41,433 bases of DNA from Gammaproteobacteria bacterium (GCA_030834065.1 JAURFX010000003.1:1-41433); one strand, 5' to 3'. Positions 24,879 to 36,470 are shown, numbered from the stretch's first letter. A program made the numbers and translations. The notes: generated from the sequence alone by a model not told the origin.

Positions 24879-27491
24879 TCAACTTAACCTCTGAATTAGA
24901 TTCGCTTCTAATATTTTCAGCGATTCTGTTAACTTACTAAATTCTCTAGAACCAGATTGTGCAAACGTTGGCTTGCCTCCGCCTCTTCCATTTAAAAGTT
25001 CATTTGCTTTTGTAACTAAATCTCTTGCATCAACTTGTTTTGCTAAGGATTTATGAACAGAGCAAACAAGAGTCAATTGATCCTTATCCTTTGATACAGC
25101 AATAATTGCTGTATCAACATCCAAATCATGAATGTAGTCACAAAGATCTCTTAAGCCATTTAAAGAAAGATTCTCAACCTCAACCAATGCATATGAGCCT
25201 TTTGATAGTTTCTTTTTATTTTTATTTATTGTTTCTGCTAGTTTTTTTAAGCGAACCTGTTCTTCTTTTTTTATTAATTGAATATGTGCCTTATCCGATT
25301 GAACAAGCTGATCAATTTTCGGTAATAGTGCATTAATACCTGTACCTAATTTATTTGAAATTTCTTTCAAAGTAATTTTTGAAAGCTTCAGGTGTTCAAG
25401 CGCTAACTGTCCAGTATATGCTTCAATCCTTCTAACGCCTGATGCAATACTTGATTCATCATAGATTTCAAATAAACCAATTTCACTTGTATTTATCACA
25501 TGCGTACCGCCACATAATTCTTTTGACTCATTGCCAATCTCAAGCACCCTCACTTGATCTTCATATTTCTCATCAAAAAAAGCCAAAGCGCCTGAATTTA
25601 TAGCTTTTTTATAAGGCATTTCGCTTATCTTTGTAGAAACTGCATTAGCAATTTCATCATTTACATACTGGTTGATACTCTCAATTTGGTCTGGTGTTAC
25701 AGGTTTATTATGCGAAAAATCAAATCTAAGCCTGCCCGCCTCGACTAAAGATCCCCTTTGCTGAACATGATCACCTAGTATTTTCCTGAGACCGGCATGA
25801 AGCAGATGAGTGGCAGAATGACTACCGGCGATTGCTGCTCTACGCCGCTTGTCAATTATCAGTGTGGCGTCATCAAATACCTTAATTTGCCCTTTTTTTA
25901 CTTTTCCGATATGAAAAATTGCCTCATTCTTTTTCTGTGTGTCCAAAACTTCAAAAGTACCATTTCCACATTCTATGATGCCGATATCTCCAACTTGTCC
26001 CCCGCTTTCTGCATAAAATGGAGTTTCACTTAGCACAATAACAGCCTCGTCATCTTCTTTGATTGATTGCACTAACTTGCTATCCAAGAAAATCTCTTTA
26101 ATCTCGGAGTTGTGTTGTTTCTTCTCGTATCCAAAAAAAATTGAACTTTGTTCAGAGGATAAATTATCTTTCTCTGCCATATTAAATTTCATAGATTCTC
26201 TGGCTCGTTTCTTTTGTTCAGCCATTGATTTTTTGAATCCTTCTTCATCAATATTTAAATTAAAGCTTCTGGCTAAATCTTTAGTCAAGTCCTCAGGAAA
26301 ACCATATGTATCGTAGAGTTGAAAGACTGTTTCCCCGTCTAGAGTTTTGCCGTTTTGCTTATTTAGCAAATCTACTTGGGCATTAAATATTTTCATCCCA
26401 TGGCTCAGTGTCTGGCCAAATCTCTCCTCCTCTTCCTTAATTGCCAATTTTATATAATCGCTTCTTTCATTCAAAACCTTATAGGCTTCTCCCATATTAT
26501 TTATTAGTGCATCTACTAATTTAAAGAGAAAGGGATCCTTCATCCCTAACAAATATCCATGACGAGCGGCTCTTCTTAAGATTCTTCTTAATACATAACC
26601 CCTACCATCGCTTCCAGGCAATACCCCATCAGCAATTAAAAATGATATTGCTCTTAGGTGATCAGCAATAACATTGAGTGAGCTTGAAAATTCCTTCTGG
26701 CGAGTAATTTTTTTTGCCTCTTCAATAAGTGGTACAAAAAGATCAGTATCATAATTAGAAGTAACTCCGCTCATAATCGCAGATATTCGTTCGAGACCCA
26801 TTCCTGTATCCACAGAGGGAGCAGGTAAATTACTTAGCTGACCCTGTGAATCTCGTTCAAATTGCATGAATACAATGTTCCAAATCTCCACAAACCGGTC
26901 GCCGTCTGCATCTTTTGATCCGGGCGGTCCTCCTTTGATCGCCTCACCATAATCATAAAATATTTCTGAGCATGGTCCGCATGGACCTGTATCGCCCATG
27001 GCCCAAAAATTATCTTTATCATCAAGTACTACCAGTCGTTTAGGGTCTATACCAATTCTATTGAGCCAAATAGATTTTGATTCATGATCGGTTTGATGAG
27101 TGGTAACCCATAGACGTTCTAAAGGGAGCTGAAGCTCTTTGGTCACATACTCCCAGGCATACCCAATAGCCTGTTCTTTAAAATAGTCTCCAAAACTAAA
27201 GTTCCCCAACATTTCAAAAAAAGTATGGTGCCTTGATGTGTAGCCTACATTGTCTAGATCGTTATGCTTTCCCCCAGCTCTTAAGCACTTCTGCGATGAA
27301 GTAGCCCTTCTATAGGTTCTTTTTTCATTACCTAGAAAAGTATCCTTAAACTGCACCATACCAGCATTCGTAAAAAGCAAGGTAGGATCATTGCCTGGCA
27401 CCAAGGAGCTGCTAGACACCTCGGTGTGATTATTTTTGACAAAATAATCCAAAAAGGATTTTCTAATACTTGTAGAGTTATTTTTAGTCAT
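24879..27491 (-). CDS. alaS: alanine--tRNA ligase
   Basis: DPTLLFTNAGMVQFK, HHTFFEMLGNFSFGDYFK, DTGMGLER, editing domain HSATHLLH and ELCGGTH, GGG.P.FAQ. Confidence 0.99.
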   Translation of the reverse strand: MTKNNSTSIRKSFLDYFVKNNHTEVSSSSLVPGNDPTLLFTNAGMVQFKDTFLGNEKRTYRRATSSQKCLRAGGKHNDLDNVGYTSRHHTFFEMLGNFSFGDYFKEQAIGYAWEYVTKELQLPLERLWVTTHQTDHESKSIWLNRIGIDPKRLVVLDDKDNFWAMGDTGPCGPCSEIFYDYGEAIKGGPPGSKDADGDRFVEIWNIVFMQFERDSQGQLSNLPAPSVDTGMGLERISAIMSGVTSNYDTDLFVPLIEEAKKITRQKEFSSSLNVIADHLRAISFLIADGVLPGSDGRGYVLRRILRRAARHGYLLGMKDPFLFKLVDALINNMGEAYKVLNERSDYIKLAIKEEEERFGQTLSHGMKIFNAQVDLLNKQNGKTLDGETVFQLYDTYGFPEDLTKDLARSFNLNIDEEGFKKSMAEQKKRARESMKFNMAEKDNLSSEQSSIFFGYEKKQHNSEIKEIFLDSKLVQSIKEDDEAVIVLSETPFYAESGGQVGDIGIIECGNGTFEVLDTQKKNEAIFHIGKVKKGQIKVFDDATLIIDKRRRAAIAGSHSATHLLHAGLRKILGDHVQQRGSLVEAGRLRFDFSHNKPVTPDQIESINQYVNDEIANAVSTKISEMPYKKAINSGALAFFDEKYEDQVRVLEIGNESKELCGGTHVINTSEIGLFEIYDESSIASGVRRIEAYTGQLALEHLKLSKITLKEISNKLGTGINALLPKIDQLVQSDKAHIQLIKKEEQVRLKKLAETINKNKKKLSKGSYALVEVENLSLNGLRDLCDYIHDLDVDTAIIAVSKDKDQLTLVCSVHKSLAKQVDARDLVTKANELLNGRGGGKPTFAQSGSREFSKLTESLKILEANLIQRLS

Positions 27492-27940
27492 TAAACCATT
27501 TTAATAATTTCTTTTGCATCCTGGTGAGCAAAACCACGTTGCTGTAAAAATTTAAAAGCCTTTAGAAATTGCTCTTTATCTTCAAGTTTTGTATTTTTAA
27601 GTTTTTTATTAAGTACCGTAAGGCCGATCTGTTGCCATGAAGATTTTCTTTTACTAATTTCTTCATCAATAGTTTGGGTATCAATGCCTTTTATCTTTAA
27701 TTCGTAAGCAATTTTTAATGGGCCGTAACCTCTTGAAGATCTAACATTAACAATCATCTCAGCGTATCGTTCATCAGACTGTAGATCTTCTTTCTTTAGC
27801 TTTAAGACTGTCTCATGACTAAGCAGTCCAGAAAAACCTTTTTCTTTTAACTTCGTGACGAGCTCCAAAAATCCATGCTCTCGTCTTGCAAGATAATCCA
27901 TAGCTTTTTTTCTACAATCAACCTCTTCTGATGACATCAA
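27491..27940 (-). CDS. recX: regulatory protein RecX
   Basis: [39 protein letters not shown]; downstream of recA. Confidence 0.93.
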   Translation of the reverse strand: MMSSEEVDCRKKAMDYLARREHGFLELVTKLKEKGFSGLLSHETVLKLKKEDLQSDERYAEMIVNVRSSRGYGPLKIAYELKIKGIDTQTIDEEISKRKSSWQQIGLTVLNKKLKNTKLEDKEQFLKAFKFLQQRGFAHQDAKEIIKMV

Positions 27941-28950
27941 CCGGATTCTTTTTCGTCAACTTTGTCAAAAACTAGAGTACGTATGGCAGTTTCTATAGCA
28001 TTTGCGATTTCGCTGTTATCTTTTAGGAAATCTCTCACATTTTCTTTGCCTTGGCCGATCCTATCACCGTTGTAACTGTACCAAGATCCCGATTTTTCAA
28101 TTAGGTTATGTTGCACTCCCAAATCAATGAGCTCCCCCTCTCTTGAAATACCATGCCCATATAAAATCTCAAATTCAGCTTGCTTAAAGGGTGGTGCCAC
28201 CTTGTTTTTTACAACCTTGACCCTTGTCTCATTACCTAAAATCTCATCACCTTTTTTAATGGCACCGATTCGACGAATATCAAGCCTTACGGAGGCATAA
28301 AATTTTAAAGCATTTCCTCCTGTTGTGGTTTCGGGGCTTCCAAACATGACACCAATCTTCATCCTTATCTGGTTAATAAAAATAACCATAGTATTAGATT
28401 TTTTAATATTTCCCGTAAGCTTTCTCAGCGCTTGTGACATTAATCGAGCCTGAAGACCCATATGAGAATCTCCCATTTCGCCATCAATTTCTGCTTTTGG
28501 GGTAAGTGCTGCTACCGAGTCAACAACCACAAGGTCTACTGCACCAGATTTTACAAGCATATCGGTGATTTCCAGCGCCTGCTCGCCTGTATCAGGTTGA
28601 GAAACTAGCAGATCTGATAAATTGACTCCGATTTTCTCAGCATAAACAGGATCAAGTGCATGCTCTGCATCAACAAATGCAGCTGTTCCTCCCGACTTTT
28701 GTATTTCAGAGACCACTTGAAGTGTTAAAGTCGTTTTCCCAGAGGATTCTGGACCATAGATTTCAATGACTCGGCCTTTCGGGAGGCCTCCAATCCCCAA
28801 GGCAATATCAAGTCCAAGAGACCCAGTAGAAACTGCCTCAATATCCCTCATAACAGAGGGATCACCCAGCTTCATGACTGAACCTTTTCCATACTGTCTT
28901 TCTATCTGCGATAACGCCGCATCTAGGGCTTTTTTCTTATTATCATCCAT
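27937..28950 (-). CDS. recA: recombinase RecA
   Basis: GPESSGKTT Walker [48 protein letters not shown]. Confidence 0.99.
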   Translation of the reverse strand: MDDNKKKALDAALSQIERQYGKGSVMKLGDPSVMRDIEAVSTGSLGLDIALGIGGLPKGRVIEIYGPESSGKTTLTLQVVSEIQKSGGTAAFVDAEHALDPVYAEKIGVNLSDLLVSQPDTGEQALEITDMLVKSGAVDLVVVDSVAALTPKAEIDGEMGDSHMGLQARLMSQALRKLTGNIKKSNTMVIFINQIRMKIGVMFGSPETTTGGNALKFYASVRLDIRRIGAIKKGDEILGNETRVKVVKNKVAPPFKQAEFEILYGHGISREGELIDLGVQHNLIEKSGSWYSYNGDRIGQGKENVRDFLKDNSEIANAIETAIRTLVFDKVDEKESG

Positions 28951-29026
28951 AGCTTTTCCTAATTCTTAACTTATCAATAAATTATTTCATAGATGCCAAA
29001 TGATAGACAGCATCTAATGCAAAAGT

Positions 29027-29497
29027 TCAATGGATTATTTGGTTTTGAAACTGGATTACGCTCTCATCTACGGCTTTTTGGCGTATTTCTGTTCGAGTTC
29101 CTAAAAATCTATATTCATTAGTGATTATTTCGCCTTTAAAATAAGTAGATATATATGCAAGGCCGACTGGTTTTTCTTGAGACCCGCCATCAGGGCCAGC
29201 AATGCCGGTTATAGCAATACCTGCGTCTGCCCGCATTAAATGTACAACACCTAAGACCAGTGCTTTGGATACTTCATGACTAACTGCTCCGCACTGATCC
29301 AATATCTCACCGCTTACTTTTAGGACTCTTTGTTTGATTTCGTTTGAATAACAGACGATTCCACCTTTGAACCAGCCAGAGGCACCAGATTTTGAGATAA
29401 GCGTGCTAGCTAATAAACCCCCAGTGCAAGATTCTGCAACGGCAATAAATTGATTACATGAAATCAAATAATTAGCTATTTTATCTATGTCATTCAT
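29027..29497 (-). CDS. pncC: CinA C-terminal / nicotinamide-mononucleotide deamidase PncC
   Basis: AVAESCTGG, SGAS..F.GG.V.YSN..K, GAVS, ITGIAGPDGG..EKPVG; upstream of recA. Confidence 0.9.
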   Translation of the reverse strand: MNDIDKIANYLISCNQFIAVAESCTGGLLASTLISKSGASGWFKGGIVCYSNEIKQRVLKVSGEILDQCGAVSHEVSKALVLGVVHLMRADAGIAITGIAGPDGGSQEKPVGLAYISTYFKGEIITNEYRFLGTRTEIRQKAVDESVIQFQNQIIH

Positions 29498-30549
29498 GCA
29501 ATTAACTTATACAGATCTAAATAGGCATTTAAGTAATTCTGAGAGTTGTAGTTTTTGATAACATGTCGATAAGCCGATTCAACCTTTGCCTCTCTATCTT
29601 CTTTATTATTTAAGTAATGATGAATCTTTTCAATATCATTTTCTTTTATTTGAATCGATACTTGCAAGCCATTCGCTCCATGCATTAAGAGTTCTGATGC
29701 GCCACCCATTCCTGCCGATATAACGGGGAGACGACTTGCCATGGCCTCAATAATTGAGAGACCCAGGCCTTCCTCGCATGCTAAATGAAGAAAAAAATCA
29801 TAATTTAACAATTTTTGAGCAAGGTCCTTTTCATAGTTTTTTAAGAATACTTGTTTATCGAGCCCCATCTTTTTTATTTCTTTTAAAAGATTGTCGTGAT
29901 TTTCTCCATCACCATAGCAATGCAACTCCACATGCAACCCTCTGTCCAATAACCCCCTTATGAGCCTAAAAGCAGCGGAATGATTTTTTCTGACAATCAA
30001 TTGTGCAGGCATGACGCCTTTGATGATCTTGCCTTTTTGAATTGATTGGCCTGAAGATGATGATAATTTTTCTACGTCTATCATGCTGGGAATGTAATAA
30101 AGTTTTTCAGCTTTAATACCCACATTATTTTTTAGGTCTTCGATAATTGCTTGGGAAATGCATGCAATTGCATTTAATTTTTTAAATTGATAATTTAGGT
30201 AAAACTTCGGCTCACTCCGATGCACTCTTCGAGTGATCATTTTAGAAATTCTTTGATTCAAGCGATTAAGGATACGGGTAATACCTCTTCTCGAGTGACC
30301 ATGAACAATATCTGGATTAAGATCATTAATATATTGGATTATTTTGCTTTGAGCGAGAAAATCGAATTCTCCTCGATATTTAAACTTAACAATAGGTAAA
30401 TGAGGGAAATTTTTAGCGATGTAGCTATCATCAGGAACAATCATCGCTGCATCGATTCCAGCTTTATATTGAGATTCTAAGAGGGCAATCGATTGAATTG
30501 CACCTCCGTAATACGATCTTCCTAACTCAAGATGAATTACTTTCATCAA
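29494..30549 (-). CDS. glycosyltransferase family 4 (GT-B)
   Basis: GGAIQ, PDIVH.HS, RK.H, G.GE, EGLGLSIIEAMA..LPVI. Confidence 0.88.
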   Translation of the reverse strand: MMKVIHLELGRSYYGGAIQSIALLESQYKAGIDAAMIVPDDSYIAKNFPHLPIVKFKYRGEFDFLAQSKIIQYINDLNPDIVHGHSRRGITRILNRLNQRISKMITRRVHRSEPKFYLNYQFKKLNAIACISQAIIEDLKNNVGIKAEKLYYIPSMIDVEKLSSSSGQSIQKGKIIKGVMPAQLIVRKNHSAAFRLIRGLLDRGLHVELHCYGDGENHDNLLKEIKKMGLDKQVFLKNYEKDLAQKLLNYDFFLHLACEEGLGLSIIEAMASRLPVISAGMGGASELLMHGANGLQVSIQIKENDIEKIHHYLNNKEDREAKVESAYRHVIKNYNSQNYLNAYLDLYKLIA

Positions 30550-30985
30550 TATAGACTTTACTATTAATGATAGCCGATTGATTTGTTTTCGAAGAGATCA
30601 GTTGGACCGCTATCTCGTGATCAAACCAGGACCATTCACAATGTTCCTTTGGATTGATAGATATGTTTTCTTGATTGGTAACATAATAAAAAACATGCTC
30701 TTTATTTATTTTTGTATCTTGATGGAATTTATTTCTCCATCTTGGGTCAATCGGATACTCATTGATGATATCAGTCTTAATCCATTGCCCTTGACTGATT
30801 GATGTCTCTTCCATTAATTCTCTTAATGCTGCGCCCTCTGGAGTTTCATCCCACTTCAAACTTCCAGTCACAGATTGCCAATAATTGATTGGATCATTTC
30901 TCTTAAGAAGAAGTACTTCGCGCTTATGATTTAAGATGATGATGAGAACAGATTCAGGCCTTTTATAGGATCTCTCGTTACTCAC
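30527..30985 (-). CDS. nudB: dihydroneopterin triphosphate diphosphatase NudB
   Basis: YKRPESVL, WQSVTGSL...ETP..AA.REL.EET Nudix box, N.EHVF, EH..W.W; follows aspS. Confidence 0.92.
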   Translation of the reverse strand: MSNERSYKRPESVLIIILNHKREVLLLKRNDPINYWQSVTGSLKWDETPEGAALRELMEETSISQGQWIKTDIINEYPIDPRWRNKFHQDTKINKEHVFYYVTNQENISINPKEHCEWSWFDHEIAVQLISSKTNQSAIINSKVYIDESNSS

Positions 30986-32753
30986 TGGGTATCGTTTTTA
31001 ATTTCAAATGTAGCTCATTGAGCTGCTCTTGACTGGCATTGCTAGGCGCGCCAGTTAATATATCTGAGGCCGTTTGGGTCTTAGGAAACGCAATAGTTTC
31101 TCGAATCGATTCCAGTCCAAGCATAATCATCACTAATCGATCAAGGCCAAATGCTATGCCACCATGCGGTGGACATCCATAATCCATAGCCTGCAACAAG
31201 AAGCCAAACTTTTCATCTGCCTCTTTTGAATCAATCCCAAGTGCTTCAAGGACTGCTTTTTGAGTTTCTTTATCATATATTCGAAGCGAACCACCGCCAA
31301 TCTCCGTTCCATTAAGAACCATATCATAAGCATGAGATAAAACTTTAGTTGGATCCTTCTTAAGGTCCTCAATATTCTCAATATTAGGTCTTGTGAATGG
31401 GTGATGTGAGGATGTGAGATTGCCATCCGCATCTTTTTCAAACATTGGGAAATCTACCACCCACAATGGCGCCCAATCTTTCTCATAGAGATTAAGATCC
31501 CTTGCAATCTTAAGCCTCAACTGGCTCATACTATCATTCACCACCTTTTTAGTGCCGGCACCAAAAAAGATTAAATCTCCTGTCTCAGCAGACGCGCGGC
31601 CAAGAATTGCAGATATCTCGGTGTCATTGAGGAATTTAAGAATTGGAGACTGCAAACCCTCATTAAGATCATTGATATCATTTACTTTTATGTAGGCAAG
31701 CCCTCTGGCACCAAACTTTGCAACAAATGAAGTATAGTCATCAATTTCTTTTCTACTAAGTTTTGAGCCTTGCTTAAGGTTCATTAGCACAATTCTACTA
31801 TCGCTATTCTTTGCTGGATCTGAAAAAACCTTAAATGCACTCTCTAGAAAGAGATCCTTGATGTCAATCAGTCGCATATCGAATCTTGTATTAGGCGCAT
31901 CAGTACCGTATTGATCTATAGCATCCTGATAGCTAATTACAGGGAAAGGGTCTGGCAATTTAATGTTGATTACAGACTGAAACAGCTCTTTAATAAGGCG
32001 CTCCATCAAAGTTGTAATTGCTTCCTGATCCATAAAGGCGGTTTCAATATCAACCTGTGTAAACTCAGGCTGTCTATCTGCTCTTAGATCCTCATCTCTA
32101 AAACATTTCACAATCTGATAATACCGATCAAAGCCTGAAATCATTAAAAGCTGCTTCATAAGCTGAGGAGATTGCGGTAAAGCAAAAAAGTTACCTGGCT
32201 GTGTTCTGCTTGGAACTAGATAGTCTCGAGCACCTTCCGGAGTAGTTTTTGAAAGAATTGGTGTTTCAATATCAGTAAATCCCTGATTATCAAGAAAATC
32301 TCTAATAAATTTGACAATCTTATGTCTCTTTCTAAGGTTCTTTTGCATTTTCTCCCGTCTTAAATCCAGGTACCTATATTTCAAGCGTGTATCCTCACTT
32401 GAATATGCCTGGTCATCCTGATCAACAGGAGGAGGGAGTGATCGACTTAATACCGTTAAATCTGAAGCGACAAGCTCAATAGTGCCCGTTGGTAGATCTT
32501 TGTTAATGGTCCCCTCTGGTCTTCCTCTAATTGATCCACAAACTTTTAGAACAAATTCATTTCTGCAGCTCTCGGCAATTTTAAAGAGCTTTTCCGTCTC
32601 TGGATTTGCAACAATTTGAATTAAACCTGTGTGATCTCTCAGATCAATAAAGATGACACCTCCATGATCTCTTCTACGATGCACCCAACCACAAACCGTT
32701 ACCTCGCTATCAAGGGAGCTTTTAGTGACTTGTCCGCAATAATGAGTTCTCAT
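30978..32753 (-). CDS. aspS: aspartate--tRNA ligase, probably non-discriminating Asp/Asn type
   Basis: MRTHYCG, RRRDHGGVIFIDLRD, TPEGARDYLVPSR, CFRDEDLRADRQPEFTQ, PPHGGIAFGLDR. Confidence 0.99.
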   Translation of the reverse strand: MRTHYCGQVTKSSLDSEVTVCGWVHRRRDHGGVIFIDLRDHTGLIQIVANPETEKLFKIAESCRNEFVLKVCGSIRGRPEGTINKDLPTGTIELVASDLTVLSRSLPPPVDQDDQAYSSEDTRLKYRYLDLRREKMQKNLRKRHKIVKFIRDFLDNQGFTDIETPILSKTTPEGARDYLVPSRTQPGNFFALPQSPQLMKQLLMISGFDRYYQIVKCFRDEDLRADRQPEFTQVDIETAFMDQEAITTLMERLIKELFQSVINIKLPDPFPVISYQDAIDQYGTDAPNTRFDMRLIDIKDLFLESAFKVFSDPAKNSDSRIVLMNLKQGSKLSRKEIDDYTSFVAKFGARGLAYIKVNDINDLNEGLQSPILKFLNDTEISAILGRASAETGDLIFFGAGTKKVVNDSMSQLRLKIARDLNLYEKDWAPLWVVDFPMFEKDADGNLTSSHHPFTRPNIENIEDLKKDPTKVLSHAYDMVLNGTEIGGGSLRIYDKETQKAVLEALGIDSKEADEKFGFLLQAMDYGCPPHGGIAFGLDRLVMIMLGLESIRETIAFPKTQTASDILTGAPSNASQEQLNELHLKLKTIPSE

Positions 32754-32819
32754 GATTTCATGTTCAGTGATTAGGGCTCTATTGTATCAATGAAATTAAT
32801 TTTAAAGGCAAAAGCTTAA

Positions 32820-33128
32820 TTAATTTTTTGTATCCGAGGTACTTTCTTTTTTTTCAGCTTTGGGAGTGGGACTGGCTGATATTTCGCTTGTATCCGTCTT
32901 AGTCTCTTTGGATTTTATATCCGTTAAATTTTTCTTTTTTTCCTTATCAGACTTAAAATCGGTCTCATACCATCCTGAGCCCTTAAGTCTAAAGCTTGGA
33001 GCTGAAATCATCTTTTTTAAACTATCGGTTTGACACGCATCGCAGTAACGCAAGGGGTCTTCGCTTAACTTTTGTAGCACCTCAACATGGTTCCCACATT
33101 GCGAGCATCGATATTCAAAAATAGGCAT
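32820..33128 (-). CDS. FmdB-family zinc-ribbon protein
   Basis: MPIFEYRCSQCG...CDAC...SAPSFRLKGSGWYETDF; commonly found upstream of aspS. Confidence 0.9.
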   Translation of the reverse strand: MPIFEYRCSQCGNHVEVLQKLSEDPLRYCDACQTDSLKKMISAPSFRLKGSGWYETDFKSDKEKKKNLTDIKSKETKTDTSEISASPTPKAEKKESTSDTKN

Positions 33129-33136
33129 GGATTCTT

Positions 33137-35704
33137 CTAATTACAGATAAATTTTTCATCTTTAAATGTGATAGCTATATTTTTGTCACCATTATCATCA
33201 GCTAATAGCTGATCTGCAACTAAATTTTCAATTTCATGTTCAATCACACGCTTGATCGGTCTTGCTCCAAAAATTGGATCAAAACCTATCTTAGATATTT
33301 GCTTGATTGCAAGATCATCAACCGATAATTTAATTCCAATTTTATCTAACTTTGCTTTTAATTTAGATATCTGTATGGCTGTTATTTTTTTAATCATCTC
33401 CTCAGGTAAGGAATTAAAAATAACAATATCATCCAATCTATTCAAGAATTCAGGTTTAAAATTATTTTTCAAAATCTCTTGAATTGTATTTTCAATTTCC
33501 TCAAATTTATGATTTTGTGCTTTATCTAAGATCTCATGGCTTCCTAGATTTGATGTCATGATGATAATTGTATTTTTAAAGTCAACCGTTCTTCCTTGTC
33601 CGTCTGTGAGCCTTCCATCATCGAGAACTTGAAGAAGAACATTAAAAATATCCTGATGAGCTTTTTCAATTTCATCCAATAGTATTACTGAGAAGGGCTT
33701 TCTCCTGACGGACTCTGTGAGCAGGCCCCCTTCATCATAGCCGACGTATCCAGGTGGAGCTCCAATTAATCTCGCAACGCTATGTTTCTCCATATACTCA
33801 GACATATCTATTCGAATCATTGAATGTTCTGTGTCAAAAAGGAATTCTGCAAGCGCTTTTGATAGTTCTGTTTTGCCAACGCCTGTTGGTCCTAAAAAAA
33901 GAAATGAGCCGTGGGGCCTTGCCTCATCTGAGATTCCCGCCCTTGCTCTTCTAATACAAGAAGATACTGTTTTTACCGCAAGGTCCTGACCAACTACTCT
34001 TTTCGCTAATATCTCTTCAAGGGATAGGAGTTTTTGTTTTTCAGATTGCAACATTTTAGTTACAGGGATACCGGTCCATTTAGATACTATTTCAGCAATT
34101 TCGTCTTCAGTTACCTTGCTTCTCAGTAGCTGATAGGTAATATTTTCTTGGGATGCCGCTGCCTCTAATTCCTTCTCAAGAAGAGGAATCTTGCCGTACT
34201 GAAGCTCAGACATTAACGAGAGATCGCCTTGCCTTTTAGCCCTATCAAAATCTAGTCGGGCCTTTTCAAGCGCTTCACGAATATGCGTCGCTCCCATCAT
34301 TTTAGATTTCTCCGCTTTCCAAAGCTCAGACAAGTCGGCAAATTCTTTTTCAAGATTATTAATTGAGAGATCTAGCTTTGAAAGCCTATCCTTAGATGCT
34401 TTGTCTGATTCTTTAGAAAGAGCCTCTTTTTCAATTTTTAATTGAATGATTTTTCTTTCTAAGATGTCCAGCTTTTCAGGCTTTGAGTCTATCTCAATTC
34501 TAATTCTTGAAGCAGCCTCATCGATCAGATCAATGGCTTTATCTGGAAGTTGTCTGTCTGCGATATATCGACTGGATAAATTAGCCGCACTGATAATGGC
34601 TTGATCTGTAATCTCAATGCCATGATGCAATTCATACCTTTCTTTTAAGCCTCTGAGTATTGCCACTGTATCTTCTATATTTGGTTCTCGCACCATTATC
34701 TTTTGAAACCGCCGTTCGAGTGCTGCATCCTTTTCAAGATTTTTTCGATACTCGTCTATTGTAGTAGCTCCAACACAATGCAGTTCACCTCTGGCAAGTG
34801 CTGGTTTAAGCATATTCCCAGCGTCCATCGCACCCTCGGCTTTTCCTGCGCCCACCATTGTATGAAGTTCATCAATAAAAAGAATGACTTCTCCCTGCAT
34901 AGATTTTAGCTCGCTGAGGACCGCTTTCAGCCTTTCCTCAAAGTCACCCCTAAATTTAGCTCCCGCAATTAATTGACCTAAATCTAATGAAAGTATTTTT
35001 TTTGATCGGAGTGATTCAGGAACTTCTCTGTTAATAATTCTTAATGCCAGCCCTTCGATGATTGCTGTTTTACCAACGCCCGGCTCACCAATGAGGACAG
35101 GATTATTTTTAGTTCTTCTTTGAAGGACCTGAATGGTTCTTCTTATTTCATCGTCTCGGCCAATAACAGGGTCTAATTTTCCTTCCTCAGCAAGTTTGGT
35201 AAGATCAACACAATATTTTTTTAAAGCTTGTCTAAGGTCTTCATCAGATGCATCACTGACTGTCTTATTCATTCTAATTTTTTGAATTGACTGTTCAACT
35301 ATTTTTTCATCTACACCAAATTTATTTAATATGGTCTTTAACTCACCCGCCTCTCTAGATGCTGCAAGCAGGAATGATTCTGTAGAAATATATTGATCGC
35401 CAATTTTTTGCGAAATTATCTGAGACACATTAAGAAGGCTATTTAGCTTATTACTAAAGTGAAGTTCTCCACTACTGCCCTCCACTCTTGGCAGCGCGTC
35501 AATTCTATTTGTTAATTCTTTTTTAAGTTGAAAAATGTCTAACCCACAACTTAAGAGCAGACTTCTTACGCTACCTTCGTTGTCCTCTATAAAAGCCATT
35601 AGTAAATGTAAAGGCTCAATAAATTGCTGATCATTGCTTAGCGCTATCTCTTGAGCATCAGCTAATCCCTGCTTAAATTTATTTGTAAACTTGTCAATTT
35701 TCAT
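33137..35704 (-). CDS. clpB: ATP-dependent disaggregase ClpB
   Basis: Two AAA+ modules ([16 protein letters not shown]), [10 protein letters not shown], coiled-coil middle domain, [15 protein letters not shown]. Confidence 0.99.
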   Translation of the reverse strand: MKIDKFTNKFKQGLADAQEIALSNDQQFIEPLHLLMAFIEDNEGSVRSLLLSCGLDIFQLKKELTNRIDALPRVEGSSGELHFSNKLNSLLNVSQIISQKIGDQYISTESFLLAASREAGELKTILNKFGVDEKIVEQSIQKIRMNKTVSDASDEDLRQALKKYCVDLTKLAEEGKLDPVIGRDDEIRRTIQVLQRRTKNNPVLIGEPGVGKTAIIEGLALRIINREVPESLRSKKILSLDLGQLIAGAKFRGDFEERLKAVLSELKSMQGEVILFIDELHTMVGAGKAEGAMDAGNMLKPALARGELHCVGATTIDEYRKNLEKDAALERRFQKIMVREPNIEDTVAILRGLKERYELHHGIEITDQAIISAANLSSRYIADRQLPDKAIDLIDEAASRIRIEIDSKPEKLDILERKIIQLKIEKEALSKESDKASKDRLSKLDLSINNLEKEFADLSELWKAEKSKMMGATHIREALEKARLDFDRAKRQGDLSLMSELQYGKIPLLEKELEAAASQENITYQLLRSKVTEDEIAEIVSKWTGIPVTKMLQSEKQKLLSLEEILAKRVVGQDLAVKTVSSCIRRARAGISDEARPHGSFLFLGPTGVGKTELSKALAEFLFDTEHSMIRIDMSEYMEKHSVARLIGAPPGYVGYDEGGLLTESVRRKPFSVILLDEIEKAHQDIFNVLLQVLDDGRLTDGQGRTVDFKNTIIIMTSNLGSHEILDKAQNHKFEEIENTIQEILKNNFKPEFLNRLDDIVIFNSLPEEMIKKITAIQISKLKAKLDKIGIKLSVDDLAIKQISKIGFDPIFGARPIKRVIEHEIENLVADQLLADDNGDKNIAITFKDEKFICN

Positions 35705-35712
35705 ATTTATAA

Positions 35713-35739
35713 TTTTAGGGTAATTATGAAAATTTCAAG
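35713..35739 (-). promoter_or_regulatory. putative sigma-32 (RpoH) promoter of clpB
   Basis: Minus strand reads CTTGAAA-N12-CCCTAAAA immediately before the clpB ATG, resembling CTTGAA-N13-17-CCCCAT with an imperfect -10. Confidence 0.5.
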
Positions 35740-35741
35740 TA

Positions 35742-36470
35742 TTAACTTATCCAAATAATTGAAGCATGTCTGGCCCTAGTCTTATTGCGTCGGTATGAAT
35801 GATACTTATCTTCCAAACAAAATGTACATTCTTTCGAGACCGCTACCTTGGAAGCTTTTTGCATACCTAATAGTTCGACACAAAGACTTCGAATATCAAA
35901 AAAATACTTATCATTACTTGCATGTACAAAGTTAAGATAATCTTCATTGATTAAATTTAAATGATCAATAAAATCCTTTTTGACCTCAAAACAATTTATA
36001 CAAAGTGTTGGTCCTAGCCAAAAGGATAAATTTTTAAAAGATATCTCAACATGCTTATGCAGTGAATTGATGATTCCGTTTACAAGCCCCCTCCATCCGC
36101 AATGTAATATGCCAGCTAACTTTCCATTCTGATCACAAAACATGAGCGGAAGACAATCTGCCGTAAGTACTACGCAGGGATTATCTTTTTGTAAAGAAAA
36201 AGCTCCATCTGCCTCTGGAAAAAAGTCTTTTGACGGCGACTGAATAATATCGATACCATGTACTTGCCTGATAAATGCAGAATCATCCATCAGAGGAAGA
36301 ACCTTATATAGTTCATTGGTACTAACTGAGCAATTAGGAAGGCCCTCTGGACCTCTCGAAAAATCAAGTTCAATTTGCTGAAGATGACTTCTTTTTTTTG
36401 ATATGAATGCTTTGATATTACTTGGCCTATTCCAATCTTCGTAACCGATTTCCTCAAGTATTGTATTCAT
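35742..36470 (-). CDS. pgeF: peptidoglycan editing factor / purine nucleoside phosphorylase PgeF (YfiH)
   Basis: QVHG, EADG, VLTADCLP, HCGWRGL, LGP, CT.C...YHSYRR; rluD-yfiH-clpB synteny. Confidence 0.9.
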   Translation of the reverse strand: MNTILEEIGYEDWNRPSNIKAFISKKRSHLQQIELDFSRGPEGLPNCSVSTNELYKVLPLMDDSAFIRQVHGIDIIQSPSKDFFPEADGAFSLQKDNPCVVLTADCLPLMFCDQNGKLAGILHCGWRGLVNGIINSLHKHVEISFKNLSFWLGPTLCINCFEVKKDFIDHLNLINEDYLNFVHASNDKYFFDIRSLCVELLGMQKASKVAVSKECTFCLEDKYHSYRRNKTRARHASIIWIS

